The notes beneath the pieces are model-generated. The model worked only from the letters and a program-made list of their open reading frames with translations. It searched no databases and was not told the origin of the DNA. A program made the translations under genes and the position numbers. Shown in pieces: positions 27,694-38,189 of a stretch of DNA of 64,000 nucleotides. Position 1 is the stretch's first letter, and each line of letters begins with the position of its first letter. This stretch comes from Gammaproteobacteria bacterium (GTDB lineage: Bacteria > Pseudomonadota > Gammaproteobacteria > Steroidobacterales > Steroidobacteraceae), in assembly GCA_003137095.1 (NCBI GenBank), contig PLET01000070.1:585-64584 (forward strand). The letters run 5' to 3'.

Positions 27694-29575
27694 GGTTGCC
27701 GCTCCCGGAATGCTTCGAACGCCGAAAGATGAGGCGAAACAGAAAAGGAATCAGCGAGGATCGCATCATTTTGAACAGGCGGCGCGCCTGCTCGGGGCGC
27801 AGCGTCACCACCATCGGCATCGTACCGTAGGCTTGGCCCTTGACCACCAGATCATCGCCGCTGCGCTCGATCGTGCGGATGGTGAGCAGATTCTCGTCGG
27901 CGGCGCCGAACAGCGTGGCGCCGGTCGAATCGCCGTCCGCTGAGCCGCCGTCGCCGCCCAGACTCGTCACAGCGCCGCCGGCGGCGCTATCCGAACCTCC
28001 CGCGACCTTGTCGAAATCGAGACCCAGGTGTTCGAACATGCGCATGGCGGTTGCGCGGCCGGCGCCGTAAACGCCGCCGCCGGGGTGCTGGAACGGCCCC
28101 ACCAGATAGAACCGCGAGACGCCCGGAACCGTGTACTGCGCCAGATCCGGCGTCGGCCGATGACCGCCGGTCTGGTAGAAGTACGGCGCCACGCCGTGCA
28201 CGTCGCCGCCGACCATGCTGTTCGGCATGTTGCGGGCATGATCCAACGGCGTGACGATGGTGCGCTTGATGATGTTCTCCGCGGTGAGATTCCCGATGAA
28301 CTTGCGATAAGCGGCGAGGCTGCGGTCGCCCATCTGCTCTGCGATGTCATCCCAGCGCGCGGCACCCCCGTCCTCGAGGTTGTACGGCGCAAAGGTGATG
28401 CCGTGGAACATCCCGCGGCCGGGCGGCACCCGCGAGGGATCGGTGATGCTCTCATCGCCGCCCGCGATCAGCACCCGCTCTGAAATGCGGCCGCGCTTCA
28501 GCGCGTCGAAATCATCGAGCATCTCGCCCAGGGTATGACTGCTCATGAATTCGAGCATGATCGCCCGCGAGACCTCCTCACCGGCGATGAACTGCGCCTG
28601 CTGCTTGAGGTCGTAGTGGCTGACCATGATGCTGAACGCCGCCAGGCTGGTACGCTCGGCGCGCCCGAGCACGGGCCCCGGGACGCCGTCCAGGAACGCC
28701 CGCAGGCGGTGCGGATGGATCGCGCCGATGACGGCATCGTTCGCCGTGATTTCTTCGCCGTCGGCGAGACGTACGCCGGTGGCCCGTCCCGACGCGGTGA
28801 GGATCCGGGTGACCTCGCAGTTGCAGCGGACTTCACCGCCGTAATGCTCGATGCAGCGCACCAGAGACTCCGACAATTTGCCGCTGCCGCCCAGCGGCTG
28901 CGACACGCCATAACCGTGCATCAGGCCGGGCATGAGATAAATGCCGAAACCGGTGCCGAGCTCGTCCGGCAATTGCAGATTCTCGGATACCAGCCGCAAC
29001 AGCCAGATCTTGACCTTTTCGCTTTCGAATTCCTGATTGCAGATGTCGAGCGAACTGCGCTGCATCGCATCGAGAATCTCCCGTCCCTCCGGCGTCCCGT
29101 CGAGCATGCCGACCATCGCGCCCATCGGCGTCGGCGGAACGTACATGCCGGCGCCGATCATGGGCAGCATGCGGATGGCCCGCTGCGCGAAGCGCCGATA
29201 GGTGTCGGCGTCCTTTTGCGAGATCCTGGCGATGCCTTCGCAGGTCTTGTCCAAATCCTGGTAGGCGATCAGGGTGCTCTGATCGGGAAACACCATGGCG
29301 TAGGGAATGCCATATTTGTATTGCAGGCCAAATTGGCTTTGCAGCCCGAGTTCGTCCCGACGGATCATGGGGTTGCCCTGGATCATGATGTGCACACTGG
29401 AGTGCTCGTCATGCCAATAGCCGGGGGTGTTGATTTCACGGGTCACGACTCCGCCGCCCGGCCACGCCTTGCGCTCCAGCACCAGGACCTTCTTGCCCGC
29501 CTTGGCAAGGTAGGCGGCCGCCACCAGCCCGTTGTGGCCGGCCCCCATTGCCACGATGTCGTAGGCCGCGCTCAC
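27686..29575 (-). CDS. FAD/NAD(P)-dependent oxidoreductase (phytoene-desaturase/CrtI-like) with unassigned C-terminal extension
   Basis: 'YDIVAMGAGHNGLVAAAYLAKAGKKVLVLERKAWPGGG' dinucleotide fold. GTG 29575 overlaps the MFS stop (GTGA). The listed 815-aa ORF extends spuriously across the MFS gene. Confidence 0.8.
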   Translation of the reverse strand: MSAAYDIVAMGAGHNGLVAAAYLAKAGKKVLVLERKAWPGGGVVTREINTPGYWHDEHSSVHIMIQGNPMIRRDELGLQSQFGLQYKYGIPYAMVFPDQSTLIAYQDLDKTCEGIARISQKDADTYRRFAQRAIRMLPMIGAGMYVPPTPMGAMVGMLDGTPEGREILDAMQRSSLDICNQEFESEKVKIWLLRLVSENLQLPDELGTGFGIYLMPGLMHGYGVSQPLGGSGKLSESLVRCIEHYGGEVRCNCEVTRILTASGRATGVRLADGEEITANDAVIGAIHPHRLRAFLDGVPGPVLGRAERTSLAAFSIMVSHYDLKQQAQFIAGEEVSRAIMLEFMSSHTLGEMLDDFDALKRGRISERVLIAGGDESITDPSRVPPGRGMFHGITFAPYNLEDGGAARWDDIAEQMGDRSLAAYRKFIGNLTAENIIKRTIVTPLDHARNMPNSMVGGDVHGVAPYFYQTGGHRPTPDLAQYTVPGVSRFYLVGPFQHPGGGVYGAGRATAMRMFEHLGLDFDKVAGGSDSAAGGAVTSLGGDGGSADGDSTGATLFGAADENLLTIRTIERSGDDLVVKGQAYGTMPMVVTLRPEQARRLFKMMRSSLIPFLFRLIFRRSKHSGSGNRG

Positions 29576-30804
29576 GTCGTGCTCGCGGCGACCGGCGGCA
29601 CCACCCGGCGCCAGAGGATTCCCGCCACGCCGGCGATGACGGCAAATATCAGCGCCGCCCTGCCCATCAGCCCCAAGGTCGGCAGCAACCCGCCGAGCTG
29701 CTTGCTGAGCAGCGTGACCACCATGCCGCTCACGAACTGGCCGATTGCGAACGAGGCCTGCCACATGCCGTTGCCGCGTCCGCGTATCGAAAAGGCGAGG
29801 CCGCGGGTCGCCCAAACCAGCATGGTCGGCAGGACGATGCCGCAGCCGATTTGATTGACGAACGAACCCCAGGCGTAGCCGGTAGGTTCGGTGGCGCGGC
29901 CCATCAAGGTGAAGCCCGCGCCGATCAAGGCAAAGTCGACGAGCAGCAGCCAGCCGATCGGCAGGCGCGCCAGGCCCCAGAATAGGAAGGTTCCCAGCGG
30001 CACCCCGATGCTCGCCAGCATGGTGTACTCGCCGATCACCGCCGGATCCGATACACCGAGCGACACCATCGCCTCGGCATTCTTGGTGATCACCGTGTAG
30101 AAGCTGACCGAGGCCAGCACGGTCAGGGCGCAAATGCCGAGGGTGCGCGCCCAGGGAAACGCCACCGGCGCCGCCGGCCGCGCATCCGACGCAGAGCGGC
30201 TCTGCGCGGCGGCAGGTTCCCAGATGAACCAGTAGACGCCGACCGCCAGCAACAGACTATATAAATAGAGATAGAAAGGCCCGCGCCAACCGAGCGCGGC
30301 GCCGAGCCGTCCCCCCAGATAGATGATGCCGAGCGCCGACACGGACGCGACCGCCGTCTGGCTCGCCAGCCATCGCTCGCGTGCGCGACCCTTGAAATAA
30401 TCGCTGATCAAGGTCGTCGATACGGTCATCAGCACGGCTTCGCAAATTCCCACGCCGACGCGCGACAGGATGATCAGGTACAGGTTGTCGAGAAACGTGG
30501 GCATCACGCCGACAAAGGCGTAGACCACCATGGACAGCAGCAGCAGATTGCGCCGGCCGTACCGGTCCGCCAGCCAGCCCGCGACCGGCGAGAACAGCAG
30601 GATCCAGATCGCCGGCATGGTGAGAATGCCGCCGATGACCCAGTACTCGTGATGGGGCACATCCTTGAACTGATCGAGCATCAGATGCACGACGGGGGTG
30701 AGCACGGTGATTCCCATGACCGACAGGGTGATCGGCAGCAGCAGCATGATGCCCTGCCAGAATCCGGGTTCGCGGGAGCTCGATATCGCCATTCGGGTAC
30801 TCAT
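29572..30804 (-). CDS. MFS transporter (paralogue of 4598..5815)
   Basis: 'GWLADRYGRRNLLL', 12 TM pattern. Start ATG 30804 or 30792 (listed 30849 would overlap the SDR gene). Confidence 0.8.
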   Translation of the reverse strand: MSTRMAISSSREPGFWQGIMLLLPITLSVMGITVLTPVVHLMLDQFKDVPHHEYWVIGGILTMPAIWILLFSPVAGWLADRYGRRNLLLLSMVVYAFVGVMPTFLDNLYLIILSRVGVGICEAVLMTVSTTLISDYFKGRARERWLASQTAVASVSALGIIYLGGRLGAALGWRGPFYLYLYSLLLAVGVYWFIWEPAAAQSRSASDARPAAPVAFPWARTLGICALTVLASVSFYTVITKNAEAMVSLGVSDPAVIGEYTMLASIGVPLGTFLFWGLARLPIGWLLLVDFALIGAGFTLMGRATEPTGYAWGSFVNQIGCGIVLPTMLVWATRGLAFSIRGRGNGMWQASFAIGQFVSGMVVTLLSKQLGGLLPTLGLMGRAALIFAVIAGVAGILWRRVVPPVAASTT

Positions 30805-30824
30805 TGCGGGCGCCGGGGCCGCGT

Positions 30825-31634
30825 TCAGTGCTGCTCGAACAGGTTGCAAAATTGGGCAAAACCCGGCACGTGCGCCACGGTGCCGCCGTCGACCACCAGG
30901 TTGTGGCCGGTCAGGTAGCGCGCCTCATCGGAGGCGAGAAACGCCACGGCATGGGCGACGTCCAGGGGCTCTCCCAGATGCGGTGTCAGGGTCTCGCCGG
31001 CCACGATCTCGAGCAGCCGCGGCGGCAAATTGTCGCGGGCGGCCTGGGTCAACACCAGCCCGGGAGAGACCGTGTTGCAGCGGATTCCGCGCCGGCCGTG
31101 CGAAGTCGCGATGGAGCGGGTCAATTGAATCACTGCGGCCTTCGAGGCGGCGTAGGCGGCCTGGCCGAGGTTGCCCTGCATCCCCAAATTCGACGCCGTA
31201 TTGATGATGGATCCCGCACCCCGGCTCACCATGTGCGGCAGCACGTGCTTGCAGCACAGCATGGTACCCCGCAAGTTGACGTGGAAGGTGCGATCCCAGA
31301 CCTCCGTCGGCATGGTTTCGATGTCGTGATCGCGGCCTGCGGTGGCCGGCGTGAGATCAGCGGCGTTGTTGTGCAGCACGTCGATCGATCCGAAGTGCGC
31401 GAGCGACGCCCGAACCATGGCCTCGATGCTGCCCTCATCGGCCAGATCCAGATACAGGGCCAGCACCGCTCCGCCGGCGCGGCGCAGCGGCAGGGCGGCC
31501 GCTTCCGCGGCCGCGAGGTTCATGTCCGCCAGCACCACGCTGGCTCCGCGGTCGACCATCAGGCGCGCGGTTGCCGTCCCGATCCCGCCGGCGGCGCCCG
31601 TGATGATCGCTACCTTGTGGTCGAGTAGCCTCAT
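30825..31634 (-). CDS. Short-chain dehydrogenase/reductase (SDR)
   Basis: 'VAIITGAAGGIG', 'NNAA', 'YAASKAAV'. 4-nt overlap with upstream FAH gene. Confidence 0.85.
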   Translation of the reverse strand: MRLLDHKVAIITGAAGGIGTATARLMVDRGASVVLADMNLAAAEAAALPLRRAGGAVLALYLDLADEGSIEAMVRASLAHFGSIDVLHNNAADLTPATAGRDHDIETMPTEVWDRTFHVNLRGTMLCCKHVLPHMVSRGAGSIINTASNLGMQGNLGQAAYAASKAAVIQLTRSIATSHGRRGIRCNTVSPGLVLTQAARDNLPPRLLEIVAGETLTPHLGEPLDVAHAVAFLASDEARYLTGHNLVVDGGTVAHVPGFAQFCNLFEQH

Positions 31635-32668
31635 ACATCCCCGTCAACGGCGGCGATGCAGGGGCTGCGCTGCGCACCCAGACCCTCGATGGAGGCGTCC
31701 ATGACGTCGCCCGGGCGCAGGAAACGTCCGTAATGCGAACCATTGCCGGAGGGTGAGCCGGTCAGCAGCAGATCACCGGGAAACAGCCGCACGTGACTCG
31801 TCAGGTACTCGATCAGCCGCGGGATGCCGAAAATCATGTCCGCGGTGCTTTCGTCTTGTTTGACCTCGCCATTCAGCTTCAGCACGATCCGCAGGTCCTG
31901 GGGCACCGGCACGAACGCCGCCGGCACCACGTACGGTCCCATCGGCAGATAGCCGGGTGCGCACTTGCCCATGACCCAATCGCTGCCGATGGCCTTCAGG
32001 TCGGGGCGATGCACCAGCTCACGATTGGTGATGTCATTGCAAATCGTGTAGCCAGCGACGTGGTCGTAGGCGGCCGCGCGGGTCACGTGAAACGCCGGCT
32101 TGCCGATGACCACCGCCAGCTCCAATTCCCAATCCGGCTGCTCGACGTTCGCCGGAATCCCGATGGGATCGTAGGGACCGCTTATCGACGAGCAGACGCG
32201 CGAGAAGACATAGGGCGTGCCGGTGGCCGCCCGCTCATCCATCAATTTCACCGCATAGGCCACGCGTTCGTCCCGGCTCATCGACTGGGTCGCCGGATCG
32301 CGGGCCTGGTCGACGATCAGATCGATGACGTGCTTGCGGTAATTCGCACCGGCGCAGAATATCTGGCGCGGCTCCACGGGCGCATGCGTTTTCAACTGCG
32401 ACAGAGGCGCGGACAGCACGTGGAAGCGGCCCGCCGCCAGGTGCGCGACCACCGAGCGCAGGGCGCGCTCGTTGATCGCCCAATCCTCGAACAGCGAGCG
32501 CAGGGATTCGGTGCGGCGCAAATCCAGGCCCAGCCGCCGGCATTCCGGAACCAGCGCATGCAGCGCCAGCACACGGCTGTCCATGACGATCCCGGGAAAT
32601 GCCGGTGAACCCGCCGCGGAGAAGGTACCCAGGGCATACGGAATGTTCGCTGATTCGGCCATCGGCAT
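31631..32668 (-). CDS. Fumarylacetoacetate hydrolase (FAH) family protein
   Basis: 'WELELAVVIGK', 'GYTICNDITNRE', 'FPGDLLLTGSPSG'. Confidence 0.85.
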   Translation of the reverse strand: MPMAESANIPYALGTFSAAGSPAFPGIVMDSRVLALHALVPECRRLGLDLRRTESLRSLFEDWAINERALRSVVAHLAAGRFHVLSAPLSQLKTHAPVEPRQIFCAGANYRKHVIDLIVDQARDPATQSMSRDERVAYAVKLMDERAATGTPYVFSRVCSSISGPYDPIGIPANVEQPDWELELAVVIGKPAFHVTRAAAYDHVAGYTICNDITNRELVHRPDLKAIGSDWVMGKCAPGYLPMGPYVVPAAFVPVPQDLRIVLKLNGEVKQDESTADMIFGIPRLIEYLTSHVRLFPGDLLLTGSPSGNGSHYGRFLRPGDVMDASIEGLGAQRSPCIAAVDGDV

Positions 32669-32675
32669 TCTCCGG

Positions 32676-33428
32676 TCAATTGAGCGGGCGGCCGCCGTCG
32701 AGGCCGAGCACGCACCCGGTCGTGAAGGTCAGATCGCGCACCGCGGCCACTACCGCCCGGGCGACTTCGACCGGCTGCGCCAGGCGGCCGAGCGGAGTGC
32801 GTGCGGCCTGCTCTTCGCGCCAAGCCGGATCCAAGGATTTGACGAACTCCGTGTCGACCAATCCCGGTGAGACGGACACCACGCGCACCTGCGGTGCCAG
32901 TGCGCGGGCGAGCGATTGCGTCATGTTGTCCAGGGCCGCCTTGGAGGCGCAGTACATGATGTTGCTGCCCATGGCGGTGCGGGCCGCGATGGAGGAAATA
33001 TTGACCACGGTGCCGCCGCCGGGCCAGACGCTCGCCCGCAGCAGCGGCGCCAGGGCGCGCGTCGCCGCGAAGCTGCCGCGCACGTTGGTCGCCAGGATGT
33101 CGTCGATCAAGGCGTCGTCGAGACCGTCGAGGTCGCGATGGGCGACGAAGCGCGTGGTACCGGCACAATTCACCAGCACGTCGCACCGTCCATGCCGCTC
33201 CTGAACGACGCCCGCGAGCGCCCGCAGCGCCGCGCTGTCGGTGACCGGCGAGTGCACGGCCATATGCCCGGTTCGCGGCAGGCTGTGCGCCAGGCTATGC
33301 GCGGCGGCGGCCGAGCTGCGGTATCCGGCCACGATCGAAAAACCGCTTTCCGCCAGCGCATGGCAGATCGCGGTGCCGATTCCGCCGGTCGCGCCGGTGA
33401 TGACGGCCACCGGATCAGCGGACGGCAT
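32676..33428 (-). CDS. Short-chain dehydrogenase/reductase (SDR)
   Basis: '[12 protein letters not shown]', 'YCASKAAL'. Start at ATG 33428, overlapping the HisD-like stop by 14 nt (listed 33524 is an upstream extension). Confidence 0.8.
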   Translation of the reverse strand: MPSADPVAVITGATGGIGTAICHALAESGFSIVAGYRSSAAAAHSLAHSLPRTGHMAVHSPVTDSAALRALAGVVQERHGRCDVLVNCAGTTRFVAHRDLDGLDDALIDDILATNVRGSFAATRALAPLLRASVWPGGGTVVNISSIAARTAMGSNIMYCASKAALDNMTQSLARALAPQVRVVSVSPGLVDTEFVKSLDPAWREEQAARTPLGRLAQPVEVARAVVAAVRDLTFTTGCVLGLDGGRPLN

Positions 33429-34719
33429 TCGCGCGCGCTTCCGGGCTGCCATAGCGACGGACACGCAGGTCGGCCTGTTCCTTGTGTCCGGCGAATCCCT
33501 CGAGCTCGCACAGCCGCGAACCATAGCTGCCGATCAGCGCACTGGCCGCGTCGGTGGTCACCCGCTGATAGGTGCAGGTCTTGATGAACTTGCCGACCCA
33601 AAGTCCCCCGGTGTAGCGCGCCGCCCGCATGGTCGGCAGGGTGTGATTGGTGCCGATCACCTTGTCGCCGAACGATACATTGGTGCGCGGACCGAGGAAC
33701 AGGGCCCCGAAGTTCGTCAGATGGTGCAGGAAGAAATCCGGGTCGCGGGTGAGCACCTGGACGTGCTCCGAGGCGATGCGGTCGGCCTCCTGCACCAGTT
33801 CATCGACGGTGTCGACCAGAATGATCTCGCCGCAATTCTGCCACGCCTGGCGTGCCACATCGGCGGTGGGCAGCCACGTGAGCAGGGCCTCGACCGCGGA
33901 CGGCACTTCGTGCGCCAGCCGCTCACAGTTCGTCAGCAGCACCGCGGGGCTGCCGGGTCCATGTTCGGCCTGGCCGATGAGGTCCACGGCGGCCATTTCC
34001 GCATCGCAGGTCTCGTCCGCGATGATCAAGGTCTCCGTCGGACCGGCCAACAGATCGATGCCCACCCGGCCGAACAGCTGACGTTTTGCCTCGGCGACGT
34101 AGGCGTTGCCGGGGCCCACGATCATGTCGACCGGCGCGAGCTCGTCGGTGCCGAGCGCCATAGCGCCGATGGCTTGGACCCCGCCGAAGGCGAATATCTC
34201 GTCCGCGCCGCCGAGATGCATGGCCGCAACGATGGCCGGATGCGGCTTGCCGCCGAACGGCGGCGCGCAGGATACGACACGCCTCACCCCGGCTGCCTTG
34301 GCCGTGACCACGCTCATGTGCGCCGAGGCGACCATGGGATAGCGGCCGCCCGGAATGTAGCAGCCCACGCTGTCCACCGGCACATTGCGGTGGCCGAGCA
34401 CGACCCCGGGCAGCGTCTCGATCTCCAGATCCTTGAGGCAATTGCGCTGCGCGACCGCGAAGTTGCGGATCTGGGTCTGCGCGAACCGGATGTCCTCGAG
34501 GGTTCCCGGCGGCACGGCGCGGACGCAGTCGGCGATCTCATCGGCGGTCAGGCGAAACTGCGGCGGCGACCACCGGTCGAATTTGGCCGAAAACTCGCGC
34601 ACGGCCACCGCGCCCCGTGCGGCGATGTCGCCGAGTATGCCCTCCACCGTGGCGCGCACCTGGCCGCTGTTTTCCGCCTTGGCCGCGGCACTCTGGCCGG
34701 TCTTGATGCGCCGAATCAT
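33415..34719 (-). CDS. Histidinol-dehydrogenase-family (HisD-like) NAD-dependent dehydrogenase
   Basis: 'MIRRIKTG..', '[10 protein letters not shown]', '[21 protein letters not shown]', 'GQAEHGP'. ATG 34719 sits behind GAGGGGG. It lies in a catabolic operon, not a his operon. Confidence 0.85.
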   Translation of the reverse strand: MIRRIKTGQSAAAKAENSGQVRATVEGILGDIAARGAVAVREFSAKFDRWSPPQFRLTADEIADCVRAVPPGTLEDIRFAQTQIRNFAVAQRNCLKDLEIETLPGVVLGHRNVPVDSVGCYIPGGRYPMVASAHMSVVTAKAAGVRRVVSCAPPFGGKPHPAIVAAMHLGGADEIFAFGGVQAIGAMALGTDELAPVDMIVGPGNAYVAEAKRQLFGRVGIDLLAGPTETLIIADETCDAEMAAVDLIGQAEHGPGSPAVLLTNCERLAHEVPSAVEALLTWLPTADVARQAWQNCGEIILVDTVDELVQEADRIASEHVQVLTRDPDFFLHHLTNFGALFLGPRTNVSFGDKVIGTNHTLPTMRAARYTGGLWVGKFIKTCTYQRVTTDAASALIGSYGSRLCELEGFAGHKEQADLRVRRYGSPEARANAVR

Positions 34720-34730
34720 GGGTGACCCCC

Positions 34731-35018
34731 TCAAAGATCGCGATAGTGTTCCACCGCCGGCGGCACGGCAAAAAACGGCCCGAGCAGCGCGCGCCAGGAG
34801 GCGAAGGCCGGGGAGCCGCGAAATCCGACGGTATGGTCCTCGAGCGTATCCCACCGTACGGTCAACAGGTAGCGATTGGGCGCCTCGATGGAACGGCGCA
34901 GCTCATGGCCAAGATGCCCGACGCTGCCCGCCAGATGGCTACGGGCCTTCGCATAGGCGGCTTCGAAGTCCGTCTCCCGGCCCGGATGAATCGTGAGCAA
35001 CGCGGATTCGACGATCAT
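34731..35018 (-). CDS. Antibiotic-biosynthesis-monooxygenase (ABM) domain protein
   Basis: 95 aa, '[13 protein letters not shown]', '[13 protein letters not shown]'. 4-nt overlap with upstream FAH gene. Confidence 0.75.
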   Translation of the reverse strand: MIVESALLTIHPGRETDFEAAYAKARSHLAGSVGHLGHELRRSIEAPNRYLLTVRWDTLEDHTVGFRGSPAFASWRALLGPFFAVPPAVEHYRDL

Positions 35019-35992
35019 GACCGCACATACCGCTGGTCGATCGCGCCGAAAATCGAGCGCCCGCCGGCGTCCAGCATTTCGAAGCGCACGCGCTCGCCGA
35101 AACGCATGAACGGCGTCTTGGCACCGCCCTGCTCCAGCGTCTCGATGGCGCGCCGCTCGGCGATGCAGGCGGAGCCGGCCGTTCGCGCAGCGTTCGACAT
35201 GGTTCCGGAGCCGAGGATCGTGCCAGCCCGCAGGGTGCGCGAGTAGGCCGTGTGCTCGATCAGGCGGAAGAAACTGAACGTCATTTCACCGCCGTGCGGG
35301 TGCCCGAACCATTCACCGTTGCGCTGCACCTGCAGCGACAGCTGGACGCGGCCGTCCTGCCAGGCGGCGCCGAGTTCATCCGGAGTCACCGCCACGGGCG
35401 AGAACGCGGTCGAGGGTTTGGCCTGTATCCAGCCGAAGCCGGTTTTCATCTCGCGGTTCGCGAGAGCGCGCAGACTGACGTCGTTGACCAGCATGAGCAG
35501 CTTGATGTGGCCGGCTGCATCGAGGAGCGAGGTCCCCATCGGCACCTCATCGACGACCACGGCTACCTCGCCCTCGAAATCCATGTTGTCCGATTCGCTC
35601 GGTAGACGCACATCGTCCAGAGGTCCGATGAAATCGTCCGAAGCCCCCTGGTAGACCAGCGGGTAGCGCTGGTATTCGTTCTTGATGCCGTTATCGAAGG
35701 CGCGCTCCATGAGGCCGCCGTGGTTGGCGAACATCGATCCGTCGAGCCATTGATAGCAGCGGGGAATCGGCGACATGGCCTGAGCCGGATCGAAGGCAAC
35801 GATGCCCCGACAGTCGCCCCTCGCGAGTTCCGCGGCGAGAATCCGCAGACGCGGCTCCGCGACGGACCAGCCCTCCAGCGCTTCCAGGAGCGTACCGGCG
35901 ATGTCGGATGCCGGCACGGCCCGCGTAAGGTCCGTCGAAACCACGGCCAGTCGTCCGTCGCGCGTGCCGTTCTTGAGCGTCGCAAGTTTCAT
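35015..35992 (-). CDS. Fumarylacetoacetate hydrolase (FAH) family protein
   Basis: 'MKLATLKNGTRDGRL', 'DFEGEVAVVV', 'GTILGSGT'. Confidence 0.85.
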   Translation of the reverse strand: MKLATLKNGTRDGRLAVVSTDLTRAVPASDIAGTLLEALEGWSVAEPRLRILAAELARGDCRGIVAFDPAQAMSPIPRCYQWLDGSMFANHGGLMERAFDNGIKNEYQRYPLVYQGASDDFIGPLDDVRLPSESDNMDFEGEVAVVVDEVPMGTSLLDAAGHIKLLMLVNDVSLRALANREMKTGFGWIQAKPSTAFSPVAVTPDELGAAWQDGRVQLSLQVQRNGEWFGHPHGGEMTFSFFRLIEHTAYSRTLRAGTILGSGTMSNAARTAGSACIAERRAIETLEQGGAKTPFMRFGERVRFEMLDAGGRSIFGAIDQRYVRS

Positions 35993-36011
35993 GTGTTCAG
36001 CCTCGGGTCGT

Positions 36012-37031
36012 TCAGCGCCAGTGCGTCATCGGCAAGCCCGGCACCGGCGATTCGAAATACGGGATCCACGTGCCGCGCAGGCTGCCAAGATACACCGTGC
36101 GCAGGTCGGGTCCGCCAAACGTCACGCTCGCCATCCACGGCGCAATGCTGCCCTGTGTCGCCGCCATGATTTCCGGCGTCATCGTGCCGGCGTAGAAGTG
36201 CTCATCGTAAATGCGCCTCTGGAGCGGGTCGCAATCGTCGAGCAACGTGAGCACCTCGCCCTCCGGGGTCAGGGCGATCAGCCGGTCCGTCTGCACGATG
36301 GTGGTCCACAGATTGCCCAGGGCGTCGAATGCAAAGCCGTCGGGCGTGCCGCGCAGGTCCGCCGGCCCGAATATCTCCCGGCCGAACAGGCTGCCGTCGG
36401 CGCGCAAGCGCAGGCGCGAGATGCGCCGCGCATTGGATTCGACGACGTACAGCCACTCTTCGGCGGCATCGAAGCGAATCTCGTTGGTGCCGACGAAGCC
36501 GTCGGCGACGATCCGAATTCCGTGGCCGTCGATCAGTCCGACGTAGCCATCCGCCGCTTTTTCGTTGATCGAGCGCGTCCACGGGACGAGACGCGTGGTG
36601 ACCGTGAACCAGATCCGGTCGTGCGAGTCGCACAGCACGAAATTGGTCTTGCCGAGCGGCTTGCCGTCGATTTCGGTGTACAGCGTCTCGGAGCGGCCGT
36701 CCCGATGCATCAGTTCGATCGCATCGGTGCCGAAATTGGCGATCAGGAAGTCTCCGGCACGGTTCAGGGCGATGCCGTTCGGCAGCGTCGCGCCGCCCAG
36801 AATGAGGCTGCTGGGGTCGCCGGCGTCGACGCCGGTGTGCTGCACCTGGGCGATCAATTCCTGGGCGCCGTCGGGCCGGATGCACATCACGCCGCCGCGG
36901 GCATCTGCGCTCCACAGCGTGCCGTCGCGTTCCGCCAGGATGCATTCCGGACGCTGCAGGCCCGCGCCGACGGTGCGTATCGCCGCACGGTCCACGGACC
37001 AGCCGATGAGGGGATTGGACCGGGGACTCAT
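36012..37031 (-). CDS. SMP-30/gluconolactonase/LRE-like beta-propeller lactonase
   Basis: 'PECILAERDGTLWSAD', repeated 'PNG/PDG' blade motifs, 'TNEIRFD'. 4-nt overlap with upstream gene. Confidence 0.8.
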   Translation of the reverse strand: MSPRSNPLIGWSVDRAAIRTVGAGLQRPECILAERDGTLWSADARGGVMCIRPDGAQELIAQVQHTGVDAGDPSSLILGGATLPNGIALNRAGDFLIANFGTDAIELMHRDGRSETLYTEIDGKPLGKTNFVLCDSHDRIWFTVTTRLVPWTRSINEKAADGYVGLIDGHGIRIVADGFVGTNEIRFDAAEEWLYVVESNARRISRLRLRADGSLFGREIFGPADLRGTPDGFAFDALGNLWTTIVQTDRLIALTPEGEVLTLLDDCDPLQRRIYDEHFYAGTMTPEIMAATQGSIAPWMASVTFGGPDLRTVYLGSLRGTWIPYFESPVPGLPMTHWR

Positions 37032-38002
37032 GTGATCGGCAGCAGCGCGCGGCGCACGAGGGTCGGCAGATCGCCGTCGTGGCGAAAACCGGCCGCGTCC
37101 GCCGCCGGGGTGGACAACGGCGGATAGCGGCCGAAATTCGCCTCGAGGGCGGCATTGGATACATAACTGACGAGGCCCAGCCGGTCGCTGCCGTGCACCG
37201 CCGCGATGGCGGCCACCAGCTCGGTCATGGAGGAGCGCAGCGCGGGCAGCGTCCAGACGCGGGCATCGCCCCGCTGCTGCGCCGCCATCGAGGCCGCATG
37301 CAGCAGATTATCGACGATGCCATGCACCGACATCAGCCAGGTGGTCGAGCCGGCCGCGACCGGGCAGACGTACGGCCGGCCCTCCGCCAACTCGCGGATG
37401 ATGTCGCTCAAAAAGGCCGACATCTGGCCCGTGCGCTGCGGCGGTCTCGCCACGATGCCCGGCAATCGGACACAGCGTGCATCGATCCAGCCGCGCCGGT
37501 CGAAATCCGCCGCCAGGATCTCGCCGATGAGTTTGTGCGCGCCGTAGGTCAATTTCGGTTGCGGGGGCGTCGAGTCATCCACTGCAGCGGGCAGCGGCGA
37601 ACCCAGCGCCGCGATGGAGCTGGCGAACACGAAGACCGGCGCCTTGCCGCAGGACAGCGACTGCGCACGGGCCTTCTCCAGCAGCTCCAGGGTTGCATCC
37701 AGATTGACCTCGCGTCCCAGTTCATAATGTTGTTCGGCGGTTCCCCCCGGCACACTTGCCAGGTGAAAGACCACGTCGACGGGTGTGTCGAACGCCCGTG
37801 CGAGCAGGGACGGATCCGAAATGCTGCCCGGCAGCCGCCTGACCAGCGGTGTTTCGGGACCGTCGAAATTCAAATCGACGAGGGTCAGACGGCCGAGCCG
37901 GCCGAGAGCCCGGGGCGCCGCCGCCTGGCCCAGCAGCCGCGCGGTCAGCGCCTTGCCGATAAAGCCGTTTGCCCCCGTCATCAGCAGATTCATGCTTGCC
38001 AC
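37028..38002 (-). CDS. NAD-dependent epimerase/dehydratase (extended SDR)
   Basis: 'LLMTGANGFIGKAL', 'YGAHK' catalytic YxxxK. First gene of the long minus-strand operon. Confidence 0.8.
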   Translation of the reverse strand: MASMNLLMTGANGFIGKALTARLLGQAAAPRALGRLGRLTLVDLNFDGPETPLVRRLPGSISDPSLLARAFDTPVDVVFHLASVPGGTAEQHYELGREVNLDATLELLEKARAQSLSCGKAPVFVFASSIAALGSPLPAAVDDSTPPQPKLTYGAHKLIGEILAADFDRRGWIDARCVRLPGIVARPPQRTGQMSAFLSDIIRELAEGRPYVCPVAAGSTTWLMSVHGIVDNLLHAASMAAQQRGDARVWTLPALRSSMTELVAAIAAVHGSDRLGLVSYVSNAALEANFGRYPPLSTPAADAAGFRHDGDLPTLVRRALLPIT

Positions 38003-38062
38003 TCGCCCGTCGCCGGCCGACGGCCCCTATTTTGCCGGTGCAATCATGTCGGCATCGGCCAC

Positions 38063-38077
38063 TGCGCGGAAATCGAA
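38063..38077. promoter_or_regulatory. Candidate LysR/NodD-type binding site (ATC-N9-GAT, T-N11-A)
   Basis: ATCGAACCTTCCGAT dyad in the 187-nt divergent intergenic region between the operon and the LysR gene. Confidence 0.35.
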
Positions 38078-38189
38078 CCTTCCGATGATACGCATCACAT
38101 TCGGCCATGTGGGGCAATTGTGCCGGTTATGCGAGGCGTACAATTCCGCCGGCGGCCACGCACCGTCATCAGGGGGAGAGGCGCCAGCG

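Noticed and set aside
27686-30133. Listed 815-aa ORF read as one giant protein
   Set aside because: Its N-terminal ~185 aa overlap the MFS gene in another frame and are low-complexity. The dinucleotide-binding fold begins right after an internal GTG (29575) that forms a GTGA overlap with the MFS stop.
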